NCBI GenBank assembly: GCA_033763775.1
Contig: JANRJW010000010.1
Span: 90,430 to 154,429, forward strand
DNA from: Alphaproteobacteria bacterium
GTDB lineage: Bacteria > Pseudomonadota > Alphaproteobacteria > Rickettsiales > SXRF01
Direction of reading: 5' to 3'
DNA length: 64,000 nt
Made by a program: the position numbers and the translations under genes. Shown here piece by piece: positions 41,343 through 50,600 of the stretch (the stretch's first letter is position 1; each line of letters opens with the position of its first letter). The notes beneath the pieces were generated by a model, which was given only the letters and a program-made list of their open reading frames with translations, was not told where the DNA came from and made no database searches.

Positions 41343-41762
41343 ATGCCCTACCTTCTTCTTATCTTTCTTGTTCTGGTTGCTCTACTTATCTATAGTCTTT
41401 CAAAAGGCAGGGCGCAGATGAGGCGATATTCTTCCAGTGAGTGGATGAAAGCAGGCGGGGTGCTCGGCGCGGCGATTCTGCTGGCGCGTTTTGCTAAGCT
41501 ACCTCTAGCCACTATCCTGACCGCGCTCCCCTTTATTCTGCCCTACCTGAAACAAGCTGAAAGCGCTCAGGCGCAGACCTCTGCCAGTGGCGGGATGACG
41601 CGTGAGGAAGCGGCGCTGATTCTTGGCATTTCCGCGCGTGCAACGCCCGAGCAGGTGAAAGAGGCGCACCGCCGCCTGATCACCCGAAACCATCCTGATA
41701 CTGGCGGTAGTGATTATCTGGCGGCAAAAATTAATCAGGCGCGGGATGTGCTGCTTGGGTAG
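41343..41762 (+). CDS. Membrane-anchored J-domain protein (Pam18/Tim14-like)
   Basis: MTREEAALILG...HPDTGGSDYLAAKINQA. Confidence 0.9.
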   Translation: MPYLLLIFLVLVALLIYSLSKGRAQMRRYSSSEWMKAGGVLGAAILLARFAKLPLATILTALPFILPYLKQAESAQAQTSASGGMTREEAALILGISARATPEQVKEAHRRLITRNHPDTGGSDYLAAKINQARDVLLG

Positions 41763-41849
41763 TTGCTAGTTGCGAGTGACGAGTGGTGAGAAATCCTGTA
41801 ATCAGGTTGCCATGCATCACTCACCACTCACCACTTACCACTCACCACT
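41756..41849. repeat. Inverted heptamer arrays (family D) before murJ
   Basis: tgggtag ttgctag ttgcgag tgacgag tggtgag ... tcaccac tcaccac ttaccac tcaccac. Confidence 0.85.
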
Positions 41850-43385
41850 ATGAACCTTCTCAAATCCACCGCCACCATCGGAAGCTACACGCTGATTTCC
41901 CGCGTGCTGGGCTATGTGCGCGATGTGACCATTGCCTCAGGCCTTGGCGCCAGCATGCTTTCGGATGCGTTTCTGGTCGCTTTCAAGTTGCCGAATTTCC
42001 TTCGCCGCTTGTTTGCAGAAGGGGCGTTTAACTCCGCCTTTGTTCCTCAATATGCGGGCATGATGGCAACCGAAGGCGAGGCCAGAGCCAGGCAGTTCGC
42101 CTCCGAGGCGATGTCATTTCTGCTGCTGGTGTTGCTGGTGGTTTCCGGGGTGCTGATCTCCATCATGCCGTGGTTCATGCACGTTCTGGCGCCCGGCTTT
42201 GCAGCAAACCCTGAGAAGTTTGAACTCACCATTGCGCTCACCCGCATCACCATGCCGTATATTATTTTTATTTCGCTGGTGTCACTGCTTGGCGGCATTT
42301 TAAACAGCAGCGGCAAATTCGCGGCGGTCGCGGCAACGCCCATTATCATGAATCTCTGCCTCATCATCATTCCGTTTTTCATTGAGGGCATCACGCCCAG
42401 CGGCGCTCATGCGCTCGCCATCGCAGTGATGGTCTCCGGCGTCCTGCAATGGCTGTGGCTTGTGTATTTCTGCGCGAAAAAAAATGTGCTGCCAAGGCTA
42501 CAAAAGCCGCGCCTTTCGCCTGATGTGAAAAAGCTAATGCTGCTGATGGCGCCGGTGGCGCTGGGGGCAGGGGTGGCGCAGATTAATCTCGTGGTGGACA
42601 TGATTCTCGCGTCCTATTTCGGCCACGGTGTTTCCTATCTTTATTTTGCAGATCGCATTAACGAGCTGCCACTCGCCGTTATCGGGATTGCGCTGGGCAC
42701 CGCGCTGCTGCCCATGCTCTCCAAGCAATTCCGCGAAGGAAGGCGTGAAGACGCCTTCGCCAGCCAGAACCGCGCGCTGGAGCTTGGCCTGTTTCTCAGC
42801 CTTCCGGCGGCAGCTGCGATTGCTGTCATCGCCGAGCCAATCATCACCGTGATGTTTGAGCGCGGCGCGTTTTCCGCCCATGATACGCTGCAAACCTACC
42901 GCGCACTGGTGGCGTTCTCGCTGGGTCTTCCAGCCTTTATCATGATTAAAATTCTGGGCCCCGGCTTTTTTGCTAACGAGGACACCAAAACACCGTTTAA
43001 AATTGCTACCTTATGCGTTGTTCTTAATCTGGTGCTTAACCTTATTCTGATGATTCCTCTGGCGCATGTGGGCATGGCACTCGCCACCTCCATCGCCGCA
43101 TGGGTGAACGTGATCTTGATGCTGCTGGTGTTGAAGAAGCGCGAGTGGGTAAGGCTCTCGCCAAAGCTTAGGATTGAAATCGGTAAAATACTCCTCGGCT
43201 GCCTGCTGATGGCGGCGGCGCTGTGGCAACTGATGCCGTGGCTTTCAGGTCAGCTTCATCAGGGTGAGATAGAGCGGGCTGCCGCGCTGATACTGACCGT
43301 GCTGGCAGGATCTGCGGCCTATTTCACTGCCGCAATTGCATCCAATACCCTTGGTCTTCGCAGCTGGCTGAGAAGAAAGACCTAA
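41850..43385 (+). CDS. murJ: Lipid II flippase
   Basis: SRVLGYVRD, PNFLRRLFAEGAF, ADRINELP. Confidence 0.97.
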   Translation: MNLLKSTATIGSYTLISRVLGYVRDVTIASGLGASMLSDAFLVAFKLPNFLRRLFAEGAFNSAFVPQYAGMMATEGEARARQFASEAMSFLLLVLLVVSGVLISIMPWFMHVLAPGFAANPEKFELTIALTRITMPYIIFISLVSLLGGILNSSGKFAAVAATPIIMNLCLIIIPFFIEGITPSGAHALAIAVMVSGVLQWLWLVYFCAKKNVLPRLQKPRLSPDVKKLMLLMAPVALGAGVAQINLVVDMILASYFGHGVSYLYFADRINELPLAVIGIALGTALLPMLSKQFREGRREDAFASQNRALELGLFLSLPAAAAIAVIAEPIITVMFERGAFSAHDTLQTYRALVAFSLGLPAFIMIKILGPGFFANEDTKTPFKIATLCVVLNLVLNLILMIPLAHVGMALATSIAAWVNVILMLLVLKKREWVRLSPKLRIEIGKILLGCLLMAAALWQLMPWLSGQLHQGEIERAAALILTVLAGSAAYFTAAIASNTLGLRSWLRRKT

Positions 43386-43609
43386 TTTTTCTCTTTATCG
43401 CCTTCTTCCTCGTCTTTGTCGTCCTGTTCATCATTCTCGTTATCTTCATCCGAGCCTTCGCCCTGAGTCGCTTCTTTATCTTCCTCTTCTTCCTGTTCGG
43501 CGGTCTGCTCGGCGTTGGCTTTGGGTTTTTCATCATCGGCATGTGCAGTCGTTATCGGCATCATCATGGCGGTGAGTAGCATCGTCATATATAATTTGAA
43601 TTTCATCAC
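43382..43609 (-). CDS. Small secreted, highly acidic protein
   Basis: Signal peptide ending in AHA followed by an Asp/Glu-dominated tail; GGAG RBS; overlaps the upstream stop. Confidence 0.65.
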   Translation of the reverse strand: MMKFKLYMTMLLTAMMMPITTAHADDEKPKANAEQTAEQEEEEDKEATQGEGSDEDNENDEQDDKDEEEGDKEKN

Positions 43610-43983
43610 TTTTTCTCCTCGGTTTGTTTTGCTTCACGTTCTTTCTGCGCTCGCGCGCGGCGGCGCTCTTCGCGCTCTTTTTGTTCTTTTTCCCATGCCT
43701 CAGGGGTGAGTGTTTCAAGGCGTGCAAGTTCTTTGCGCAGGCGCTCTTTGGCCTCGTCCAGCGTAGGCGGCCTTCGCGGCGCGGCTGGGCGTGCCTCTTG
43801 CGGCGAGCGATCAGCCAGCGGCGGCAGTCGCTCCGGCGCTTTAGAAAGCGAGCCAGTGCGCACCGCAGGTTCTTCCTGCCGCGCGGCTTTCATATTGCTG
43901 GTTTCGGGTGTTTGTGCGAGAAACACTATCAGCACCAGTGGCAGCAACAGCAGGCTGGCTAACAATACAACGCGTTGATTCAT
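43606..43983 (-). CDS. Hypothetical membrane-anchored coiled-coil protein
   Basis: From MNQRVVLLASLLLL: one TM, Pro-rich linker, charged helix. Confidence 0.6.
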   Translation of the reverse strand: MNQRVVLLASLLLLPLVLIVFLAQTPETSNMKAARQEEPAVRTGSLSKAPERLPPLADRSPQEARPAAPRRPPTLDEAKERLRKELARLETLTPEAWEKEQKEREERRRARAQKEREAKQTEEKK

Positions 43984-43992
43984 AGGCAGGTC

Positions 43993-44310
43993 ATGAGCGA
44001 TATCTAGAGTATTCATAGCACATTTGCCACCCGCGACGAAGCGATTTTGGTCGCCCGCACACTCATTGAGGCGCGGCTTGCCGCCTGCGTGAATCTTCAC
44101 GAGAACGTGACCTCCATCTATCGCTGGCAGGGGCAGGTTCAGCAGGAAACAGAAGTGGCGCTGGTTGCCAAAACCAGCAAAAAAATGCTCCAGAAGGCCA
44201 TGGAAACCATCAAGCAGCTGCATTCTTATGAGGTGCCCTGCATTATTGCCACGCAGCACGATGGCGGTTATCCCCCTTATTTGGACTGGATTAAGCGTGA
44301 AACCGCTTGA
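43993..44310 (+). pseudogene. cutA: CutA divalent-cation tolerance protein with an in-frame TAG at codon 5
   Basis: ATG AGC GAT ATC TAG AGT ATT CAT AGC ACA TTT... is in frame with RLAACVN, SIYRWQG, HSYEVPCI. Confidence 0.75.
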
Positions 44311-44320
44311 CTTCACCCGC

Positions 44321-44352
44321 CCCTAGCCCCTAATCCCTAACCCCTGAACCCT
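44321..44352. repeat. One-sided heptamer array (CCCTRNN) in the tRNA-Gln promoter region
   Basis: ccctagc ccctaat ccctaac ccctgaa ccct. Confidence 0.6.
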
Positions 44353-44356
44353 TTGT

Positions 44357-44431
44357 TGGGGCGTAGCCAAGCGGTAAGGCAGCGGATTTTGATTCCGCCA
44401 TTCCCAGGTTCGATCCCTGGCGCCCCAGCCA
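44357..44431 (+). tRNA. tRNA-Gln(TTG)
   Basis: TGGGGCG acceptor, GCGGA-TTTTGAT-TCCGC anticodon arm, GGTTCGATCC, CCA end. Confidence 0.97.
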
Positions 44432-44474
44432 ACTTGTTTTTCTCGAGCAGTCATGCTGCCAGACTTCATTCGCC

Positions 44475-46091
44475 ATGCTACGCCTGACAGAAATCAAACT
44501 ACCGCTGGATCATCCGCCGCAAGCCATTACTGAGGCGGTGACTTCGCGGCTGAAGATTGCCCCGGGCGATCTGATTTCCTGCACGGTCTTTCGCCGCGCG
44601 CACGACGCCCGCAAGAAATCCAATATTTTTCTGATTTACACGCTGGATGTCGAGCTGCGCGATGAAGCCGGCGTGCTGAAACGTTTTGCTGGCGACAGCC
44701 ATGTGCGCGAAACACCGGATCTTACCTACCAGTATGTCGCCCGCGCGCCCAAGGGGCTGACGCAAAGACCGCTGGTGATTGGTGCCGGCCCGTGCGGGCT
44801 GTTTGCGGGGTTGATACTGGCGCAGATGGGCTTTCGGCCGATTATTCTCGAGCGCGGCAAGGTGGTGCGTGAGCGTACCAAAGATACCTGGGGGTTCTGG
44901 CGCAAATCCGTGCTGCATACGGAATCGAATGTGCAATATGGTGAAGGCGGTGCGGGTACTTTTTCCGACGGCAAACTCTACAGCCAGATTAAAGATCCTC
45001 GCCATCTTGGCCGCAAGGTGCTGACAGAATTTGTCAAAGCAGAAGCCCCGCCGGAGATTCTTACCGAAGCACACCCGCATATCGGCACGTTTCGTTTGGT
45101 GAAGATGGTGGAGAACATGCGCCGCACGATCGAATCGCTCGGGGGTGAATATCGTTTTGAAAGCCGCGTGACTGGGCTGGATATTGAGACAGATGCGGCC
45201 GGCCAGCGCCGTGTGCGCGGGGTCATGCTGACGGATGGGCAGCATCTTTCGGCCGATCACGTGGTGCTGGCAATTGGTCATAGCTCGCGCGATACGTTTC
45301 AGATGCTTGCAAACCACGGCGTTTACATCGAGGCTAAACCTTTTTCCGTTGGGTTTCGTATTGAGCACCCACAATCCTTGATTGATGCGGCGCGCTTCGG
45401 TGCCTATGCCGGCAATCCCGTGCTCGGCGCGGCGGATTACAAGCTGGTCTATCATGCCAGCAATGGCCGTTCTGTTTATAGTTTCTGCATGTGTCCGGGG
45501 GGCACGGTGGTGGCAGCGGCATCCGAAGAAGGGCGGGTGGTCACCAACGGCATGAGCCAGTATTCACGCGCCGAGCGCAATGCCAATGCCGGCATTGTGG
45601 TCGGCATCACGCCGGAGGTGGATTATCCCGGCGATGCGCTGGCGGGTGTGGCCTTTCAGCGGCGCTGGGAAGAAGCGGCTTTTGTCGCAGGCGGCGGCAC
45701 TTACGCGGCGCCCGCGCAGCGCGTGGCTGATTTTCTTGCCGGGCGGCCGAGCGTCTCGCTCGGGAAGGTGGTGCCATCGTACAAACCCGCCGTTACACCG
45801 ACGGATTTATCGTCCTGCCTGCCGGACTATGCAATTACAGCAATTCGCGAGGCGCTACCGGCATTCGGCAAGCAGATACGCGGGTTTGACATGGAAGATG
45901 CAGTGCTGACCGGCGTGGAAACGCGCACTTCTTCGCCTATTCGTATCCGCCGCGGCGATGATTTTCACAGCATCAACACGCGCGGGCTGTTTCCGGCGGG
46001 TGAGGGGGCGGGCTATGCTGGCGGCATTCTCTCTGCCGGGGTTGACGGTATCAAGGTGGCCGAGGCAGTCGCGCTCAGTATGGTGAGCTAG
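44475..46091 (+). CDS. NAD(P)/FAD-dependent oxidoreductase, uncharacterised family
   Basis: GAGPCG, GEGGAGTFSDGKL, SFCMCPGG, ETRTSSP, GEGAGYAGGI. Confidence 0.9.
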   Translation: MLRLTEIKLPLDHPPQAITEAVTSRLKIAPGDLISCTVFRRAHDARKKSNIFLIYTLDVELRDEAGVLKRFAGDSHVRETPDLTYQYVARAPKGLTQRPLVIGAGPCGLFAGLILAQMGFRPIILERGKVVRERTKDTWGFWRKSVLHTESNVQYGEGGAGTFSDGKLYSQIKDPRHLGRKVLTEFVKAEAPPEILTEAHPHIGTFRLVKMVENMRRTIESLGGEYRFESRVTGLDIETDAAGQRRVRGVMLTDGQHLSADHVVLAIGHSSRDTFQMLANHGVYIEAKPFSVGFRIEHPQSLIDAARFGAYAGNPVLGAADYKLVYHASNGRSVYSFCMCPGGTVVAAASEEGRVVTNGMSQYSRAERNANAGIVVGITPEVDYPGDALAGVAFQRRWEEAAFVAGGGTYAAPAQRVADFLAGRPSVSLGKVVPSYKPAVTPTDLSSCLPDYAITAIREALPAFGKQIRGFDMEDAVLTGVETRTSSPIRIRRGDDFHSINTRGLFPAGEGAGYAGGILSAGVDGIKVAEAVALSMVS

Positions 46092-46102
46092 AGGCCGGAA
46101 TA

Positions 46103-46129
46103 AATTGCAGATGAGAATCATTTGCAATT
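46103..46129. promoter_or_regulatory. Fur-type iron box
   Basis: aattgcagatga-gaa-tcatttgcaatt near-palindrome with ATGAGAATCAT core upstream of the Fe(III) ABC operon. Confidence 0.8.
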
Positions 46130-46204
46130 CGTGACAAAGCTGCTATAGCACTGGGTCACTGGCGCTTCACGCCAGATCTCTGACCCACTTTAAAAGGATT
46201 TTCT

Positions 46205-47248
46205 ATGCTGCGTTTTTCCAGATTAACCTTGGCGGCGTGCGTGCTCGCGCTGCTACCTGTCTCGTCTGCCTTCAGCGCCGAGCAGACATTGACTATTTAT
46301 ACCTCGCGCAAGGAAGAGCTGATCAAGCCGCAGCTGGAGGCGTTCACCAAGAAAACCGGTATCAAAGTCAACATGCTCTATGACGAAGCGCCCAAGCTGA
46401 TCGCACGGCTCGAATCTGAAGGCAAGGACAGCCCGGCCGATGTGCTGATGCCGGCGGACGTGGCCAGCATGGTGCTGGCGGCGGATAAAGGGTTGCTTGC
46501 GGCGGTGGATTCCTCCGCCTTGACGGCGGCAGTGCCGGCGGCGCTGCGCGATGAGAAAGGGCGCTGGTTTGGTCTTGGGCAGCGCCTGCGTGTGGTGTTT
46601 TATAATAAGGAAAAAGTAAAACCTTCCGAACTTTCTACCTACGAAGACCTCGCCGATCCTAAATGGAAAGGACAGATTCTGGTGCGCAGCTCGTCGCATC
46701 CTTACAATCTCTCGCTCATCGCAGCGATGATTGCGACAAGCGGCGCAGAAAAAGCTGAAAGCTGGACAAAAGGAGTGACCTCAAATCTTGCGCGCACGCC
46801 GCAGGGCGGCGATGTGGATCAGATTCGCGCGGTGGCTGCCGGTGAGGCAAAACTGGCGATAGCCAACAGCTATTACTACGCGCGAATGCTCAATTCGCCG
46901 CATCCGGAAATGAAAGCGGCGGCGCAGAAAGTGGGCATTTTCTTTCCCAATCAGAAAGCAGCAGAAGGCCAGCTTCAAGGTGCGCACCTCAATTTAAGCG
47001 GCGCTGGCGTGGTGGCGGGCTCGCGTCATCAGGCGCAGGCGGTTCAGTTTATTGAGTATCTGGCCAGCGAGGAAGGCCAGCGCCTGTATGCAGATAGTAA
47101 CTTTGAATACCCCGTCAATCCAAAAGTAGCGCCGTCTGAAACCTTAAAGCAGTTTGGCGCTTACCGTGCGGATGAAGCGGCGGTTAAAACCATGGCGGCG
47201 CACGTGCAGGAAGCCATCCGCATCACCGATCGCGCTGGCTGGAAGTAA
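46205..47248 (+). CDS. Fe(III) ABC transporter binding protein (FutA/FbpA)
   Basis: YTSR, EGKDSPAD, HPYN, ANSYYY, NFEYP. Confidence 0.93.
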   Translation: MLRFSRLTLAACVLALLPVSSAFSAEQTLTIYTSRKEELIKPQLEAFTKKTGIKVNMLYDEAPKLIARLESEGKDSPADVLMPADVASMVLAADKGLLAAVDSSALTAAVPAALRDEKGRWFGLGQRLRVVFYNKEKVKPSELSTYEDLADPKWKGQILVRSSSHPYNLSLIAAMIATSGAEKAESWTKGVTSNLARTPQGGDVDQIRAVAAGEAKLAIANSYYYARMLNSPHPEMKAAAQKVGIFFPNQKAAEGQLQGAHLNLSGAGVVAGSRHQAQAVQFIEYLASEEGQRLYADSNFEYPVNPKVAPSETLKQFGAYRADEAAVKTMAAHVQEAIRITDRAGWK

Positions 47249-48825
47249 TGGATCGGCTACTCGCCTTTGGCATTGCAACGCTGTGCCTGCTGCCAGTGGT
47301 TCTGGTGCTATCGGCGTGGGGGCTCTCCCTGCCTGCAGCCAGCCAGGAAAGCTGGCAGCATGTGCGCGCAGCGTTGCTGCCGGGCGATGCTGCGACCACT
47401 TTACTGCTGGCGCTGATGGTGGCGTGTTTTGCGGCGGTGGTAGGGGTCAGCACGGCGTGGTTTGTGACGCGGTGCGAGTTTCCCGGACGCCGGCTGCTCA
47501 GCTGGCTGCTGGTCATGCCACTGGCCATGCCAGCCTATATTCTGGCGATCACCTATGGCTCATTGTTTGAATTTGCCGGGCCGCTGCAAACGATGCTGCG
47601 TGAGCTGACAGGCTGGCAGCGAGACGATTACTGGTTTCCCGCGGTTCGCAGCCTTGGCGGCGCCGTGGTGATGCTGGGGCTGGCGACGACCCCGTATGTG
47701 TATCTGCTGGCGCGGCTGGCTTTTGCCTCGCAGCCCGCAGAATGGGCGGATGTGGCGCTCAGCCTCGGAAAAACCCGTCGTCAGCTGTTCTGGCAGGTGG
47801 CATTGCCGGCGGCGCGACCATTTATCGTGATCGGGCTTGCGCTGGTGGTGATGGAAACGATTGCCGATCTTGGCACGGTGCAGATACTTGGCGTGCCCAC
47901 CCTTGCCACCGCAATTTATCGCACCTGGTTTTTCATGAACGAACCTTATGTAGCGGCGCGGATTGCAAGCCTGCTTCTGATACTGGCGGCGCTGATACTA
48001 TGGCTGGAGCAGCTCAGTCGCCGCGGTGCGGCCTATCATCTCCTGCGCGGGCGGCCACAGCGAGCGCGCCGTGCGCTCAAACCGATCAAAGGACTGGGCG
48101 TTAGCCTGTGGTGTGCGCTGCCGGTGATGGCTGGCTTTGTGGTGCCGTGCTTGTGGCTGGCGCGCATGGCCTCATTTCAGTCACAGCTGCCCTACCCGGC
48201 GATGATGGCGGCGCTCGCTGATTCACTCACGCTTGCCGCTGGCGCGGCGATGCTGGTGGTAGCGGCGGCACTGGTGCTGGCACTGGCCGAGCGCCAGCAT
48301 GGCCCTTGGTCACGCGCGGCGAATATGGCGGCGTCGCTTGGCTATGCGATGCCGGGGGTGGTGATTGCGGTGGGGCTGCTGATATGGCAGGGGCTGGTCA
48401 AAGATATCACCGCCACGCCGCTGCTGCTCACAGGCACCATCGCTGGCCTGCTTCTGGCGTATCTCATTCGCTTTCTGGCGCCAGCCTACAGCGCGATTCA
48501 TAGCGGCTATCTGCGTGTGCCTGCGGAAGTTGACCGCGCGGCGGTATCGCTGGGCACTGGCAGGCTGGCGCTGCTGCTGCGCGTGCATGTGCCAATGCTG
48601 CGCGCACCGCTCGCCACCAGCGCGCTGATTGTCGCGATTGATGTATTCAAGGAGCTTCCCGCCACGCTGATACTGCGTCCGTTTGATATCAACACGCTAG
48701 CGCTTTCTGTGCTTGAGTTTGCGGGTGATGATCGGCCGGTGGAAGCCGCACCGTTTGCTCTGCTGCTGGTAGGGGTTGCCAGCGTGGCGGTGGCTGCGTT
48801 ACACAAGCTGCAGAGGAATTACTGA
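47248..48825 (+). CDS. Fe(III) ABC transporter permease
   Basis: PLAMPAY, PYVYLLAR, KELPATLILRPF. Confidence 0.92.
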   Translation: MDRLLAFGIATLCLLPVVLVLSAWGLSLPAASQESWQHVRAALLPGDAATTLLLALMVACFAAVVGVSTAWFVTRCEFPGRRLLSWLLVMPLAMPAYILAITYGSLFEFAGPLQTMLRELTGWQRDDYWFPAVRSLGGAVVMLGLATTPYVYLLARLAFASQPAEWADVALSLGKTRRQLFWQVALPAARPFIVIGLALVVMETIADLGTVQILGVPTLATAIYRTWFFMNEPYVAARIASLLLILAALILWLEQLSRRGAAYHLLRGRPQRARRALKPIKGLGVSLWCALPVMAGFVVPCLWLARMASFQSQLPYPAMMAALADSLTLAAGAAMLVVAAALVLALAERQHGPWSRAANMAASLGYAMPGVVIAVGLLIWQGLVKDITATPLLLTGTIAGLLLAYLIRFLAPAYSAIHSGYLRVPAEVDRAAVSLGTGRLALLLRVHVPMLRAPLATSALIVAIDVFKELPATLILRPFDINTLALSVLEFAGDDRPVEAAPFALLLVGVASVAVAALHKLQRNY

Positions 48826-49790
48826 TGGCCAGCCTGCTGATCGAACAACTTTCCTACCGCCGCAGCGCCTTTGCGCTGGAGGGAATTTCATTATCGCTGG
48901 CAAGCGGCAGTACGGCGTCGCTGGTGGGTGCATCCGGCAGCGGAAAAACTACCCTTCTGAATCTGATTGCGGGATTTATCATGCCCGAGAGCGGGCGTAT
49001 CATGATTGGCGGTCAGTGTGTGGCCGAAAATGGCCATGGGCTGGCAGCGAACAAGCGTGGTGTCGGGCTGGTATTTCAGCAGCATGCGCTGTTTCCTCAC
49101 CTGCGCGTGGAAGATAACATTCTGTTTGGTTGCCCGCAATCTGGCGCGGCGCGCCAGCATGTGCTGCAGGGATTGCTTTCGGATTTTCATATTGCACCGC
49201 TGGCACGGCGCTACCCGCATGAGCTTTCTGGCGGCGAGCAGCAGCGTGTTGCGCTGGCGCGTGCACTGGCAGCTGGGCCGCGCGTGCTGCTCATGGATGA
49301 GCCTTTTTCCAGCATTGATATGGCATTGCGCCGAGAGCTTCGCCTGGAATGCCTGGAGGTGCTCAGGCGCGCCGGTGTCACCACCCTGATTGTCACCCAT
49401 GAGGCGGAAGAGGCGCTGGAACTTTCCGATCAGGTCTATGTGCTGGAGCAGGGACGCATGGTGCAGGTAGGAAGCCCAGAGCAGGTTTATTTCGAACCAG
49501 CCAGCGCGCGTATTGCCAGCCTGTTTGGTGAGGTCAACATCATCACCGATCCTCAGGTAGCCGCAGCGCTGGGCGGCGATGGTGCGGCGATGCTGCTGGT
49601 GCGGCCAGAATCATTGCATGTGAGCAAGGAAAGTGGCGTGCTGGGCGGCGAGGTGATACGAGCTTATTTCCATGGCAATCATTATCTCGCTGATTTTCGT
49701 CCGCAAGGCAGTGAATCGGTGATCACACTGGAACTTCCCAGCAGCATGAAACTCCACGCGGGTGAGTCCATCTTCATCAGTCGTATTTAG
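48825..49790 (+). CDS. Fe(III) ABC transporter ATPase
   Basis: GASGSGKT, LSGGEQQR, LLMDEP. Confidence 0.92.
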   Translation: MASLLIEQLSYRRSAFALEGISLSLASGSTASLVGASGSGKTTLLNLIAGFIMPESGRIMIGGQCVAENGHGLAANKRGVGLVFQQHALFPHLRVEDNILFGCPQSGAARQHVLQGLLSDFHIAPLARRYPHELSGGEQQRVALARALAAGPRVLLMDEPFSSIDMALRRELRLECLEVLRRAGVTTLIVTHEAEEALELSDQVYVLEQGRMVQVGSPEQVYFEPASARIASLFGEVNIITDPQVAAALGGDGAAMLLVRPESLHVSKESGVLGGEVIRAYFHGNHYLADFRPQGSESVITLELPSSMKLHAGESIFISRI

Positions 49791-49864
49791 AGTATTTTTT
49801 GATTTAATCGTGCGCGAAACATTCCTTCTCCCTTACGGACAAAAGTAGGGACAAGGTAGTATCG

Positions 49865-50470
49865 TTATATTTCAGCGAGTTTGACCTCAGGCGGCTTGCA
49901 GCGCAGGGCGGTGCTCATGCCGCGCAGGTAAGCACGGCGGATTTTACCGGACTCATAGGCGCGCGCCACGGCTTTGGAGTGCTTCTCCGCACCGGTAACT
50001 TTACGCACAATACTGCGAAAAGGAATAATGCTGGCTTTGCCTGCCACAAACCCGATCGCTTCTTTCTGAAGCATGCTCGCGCCATCTTTCACGTAGTCTG
50101 GCGATTCTTCGGGTCTGAGCGAAAGTTTGCCATCAGCGCTATAATGCGCATCGCTTCCCAGTACTTCGTCCAGCGCGGCGATCTCGCTCTGGATGTCTTT
50201 GCATTTAGGTTTGCTGCCGCTGCTGTAAGGGTTGGCAGCAATCTGCTGGAGCGAATCAGGAATCTCATCTTTTTTGATATTGAGATCCACCAGCGGGCTC
50301 TGCGCCGCTTCAAATGCCCCCTGCAGGCTACCTTTGATTGTTTGTGTAAGTAGATTAGTGGCTTCTTCTTTGGTATCCGTCTGAGTAAAGCGTTCGCTGC
50401 CGGCGCAGGCGCTTAAGAAACACAAGCTGCCAAACAGAAAACCAAACCAGTAAAAACTGCGTCCCGTCAT
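49865..50470 (-). CDS. Hypothetical lipoprotein
   Basis: LSAC lipobox; PLVDLN, IPFRSIVRKVTGA, RRAYLRG...C motifs. Confidence 0.75.
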   Translation of the reverse strand: MTGRSFYWFGFLFGSLCFLSACAGSERFTQTDTKEEATNLLTQTIKGSLQGAFEAAQSPLVDLNIKKDEIPDSLQQIAANPYSSGSKPKCKDIQSEIAALDEVLGSDAHYSADGKLSLRPEESPDYVKDGASMLQKEAIGFVAGKASIIPFRSIVRKVTGAEKHSKAVARAYESGKIRRAYLRGMSTALRCKPPEVKLAEI

Positions 50471-50600
50471 AGCTTCCCCATGCCATTCGCTTGAGCGCGA
50501 ATCCTTTCTTGGGGATATGTTGCAATTATACCACATGGTGCGGTGCAACAAAAGGAAAAAATCACTGGCTAAGCGTTAGTGAGTGTGGTTTGTAGCTTTT

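Noticed and set aside
44005-44007. Pyrrolysine or stop-codon reassignment at the cutA TAG
   Set aside because: TAG is the normal stop of many genes here and no pyl genes are seen.
22563-44431. Prophage or genomic island at tRNA-Glu or tRNA-Gln
   Set aside because: No integrase and no duplicated tRNA 3' end seen in the window.
33888-45455. Long antisense ORFs (33888-34862, 39937-40986, 44499-45455 and similar)
   Set aside because: They are shadows of well-supported genes in GC-rich DNA and have no recognisable motifs.
50519-50549. gttgca...tgcaac inverted repeat upstream of kup
   Set aside because: Only 6 bp with a long spacer and no matching regulator; too weak.
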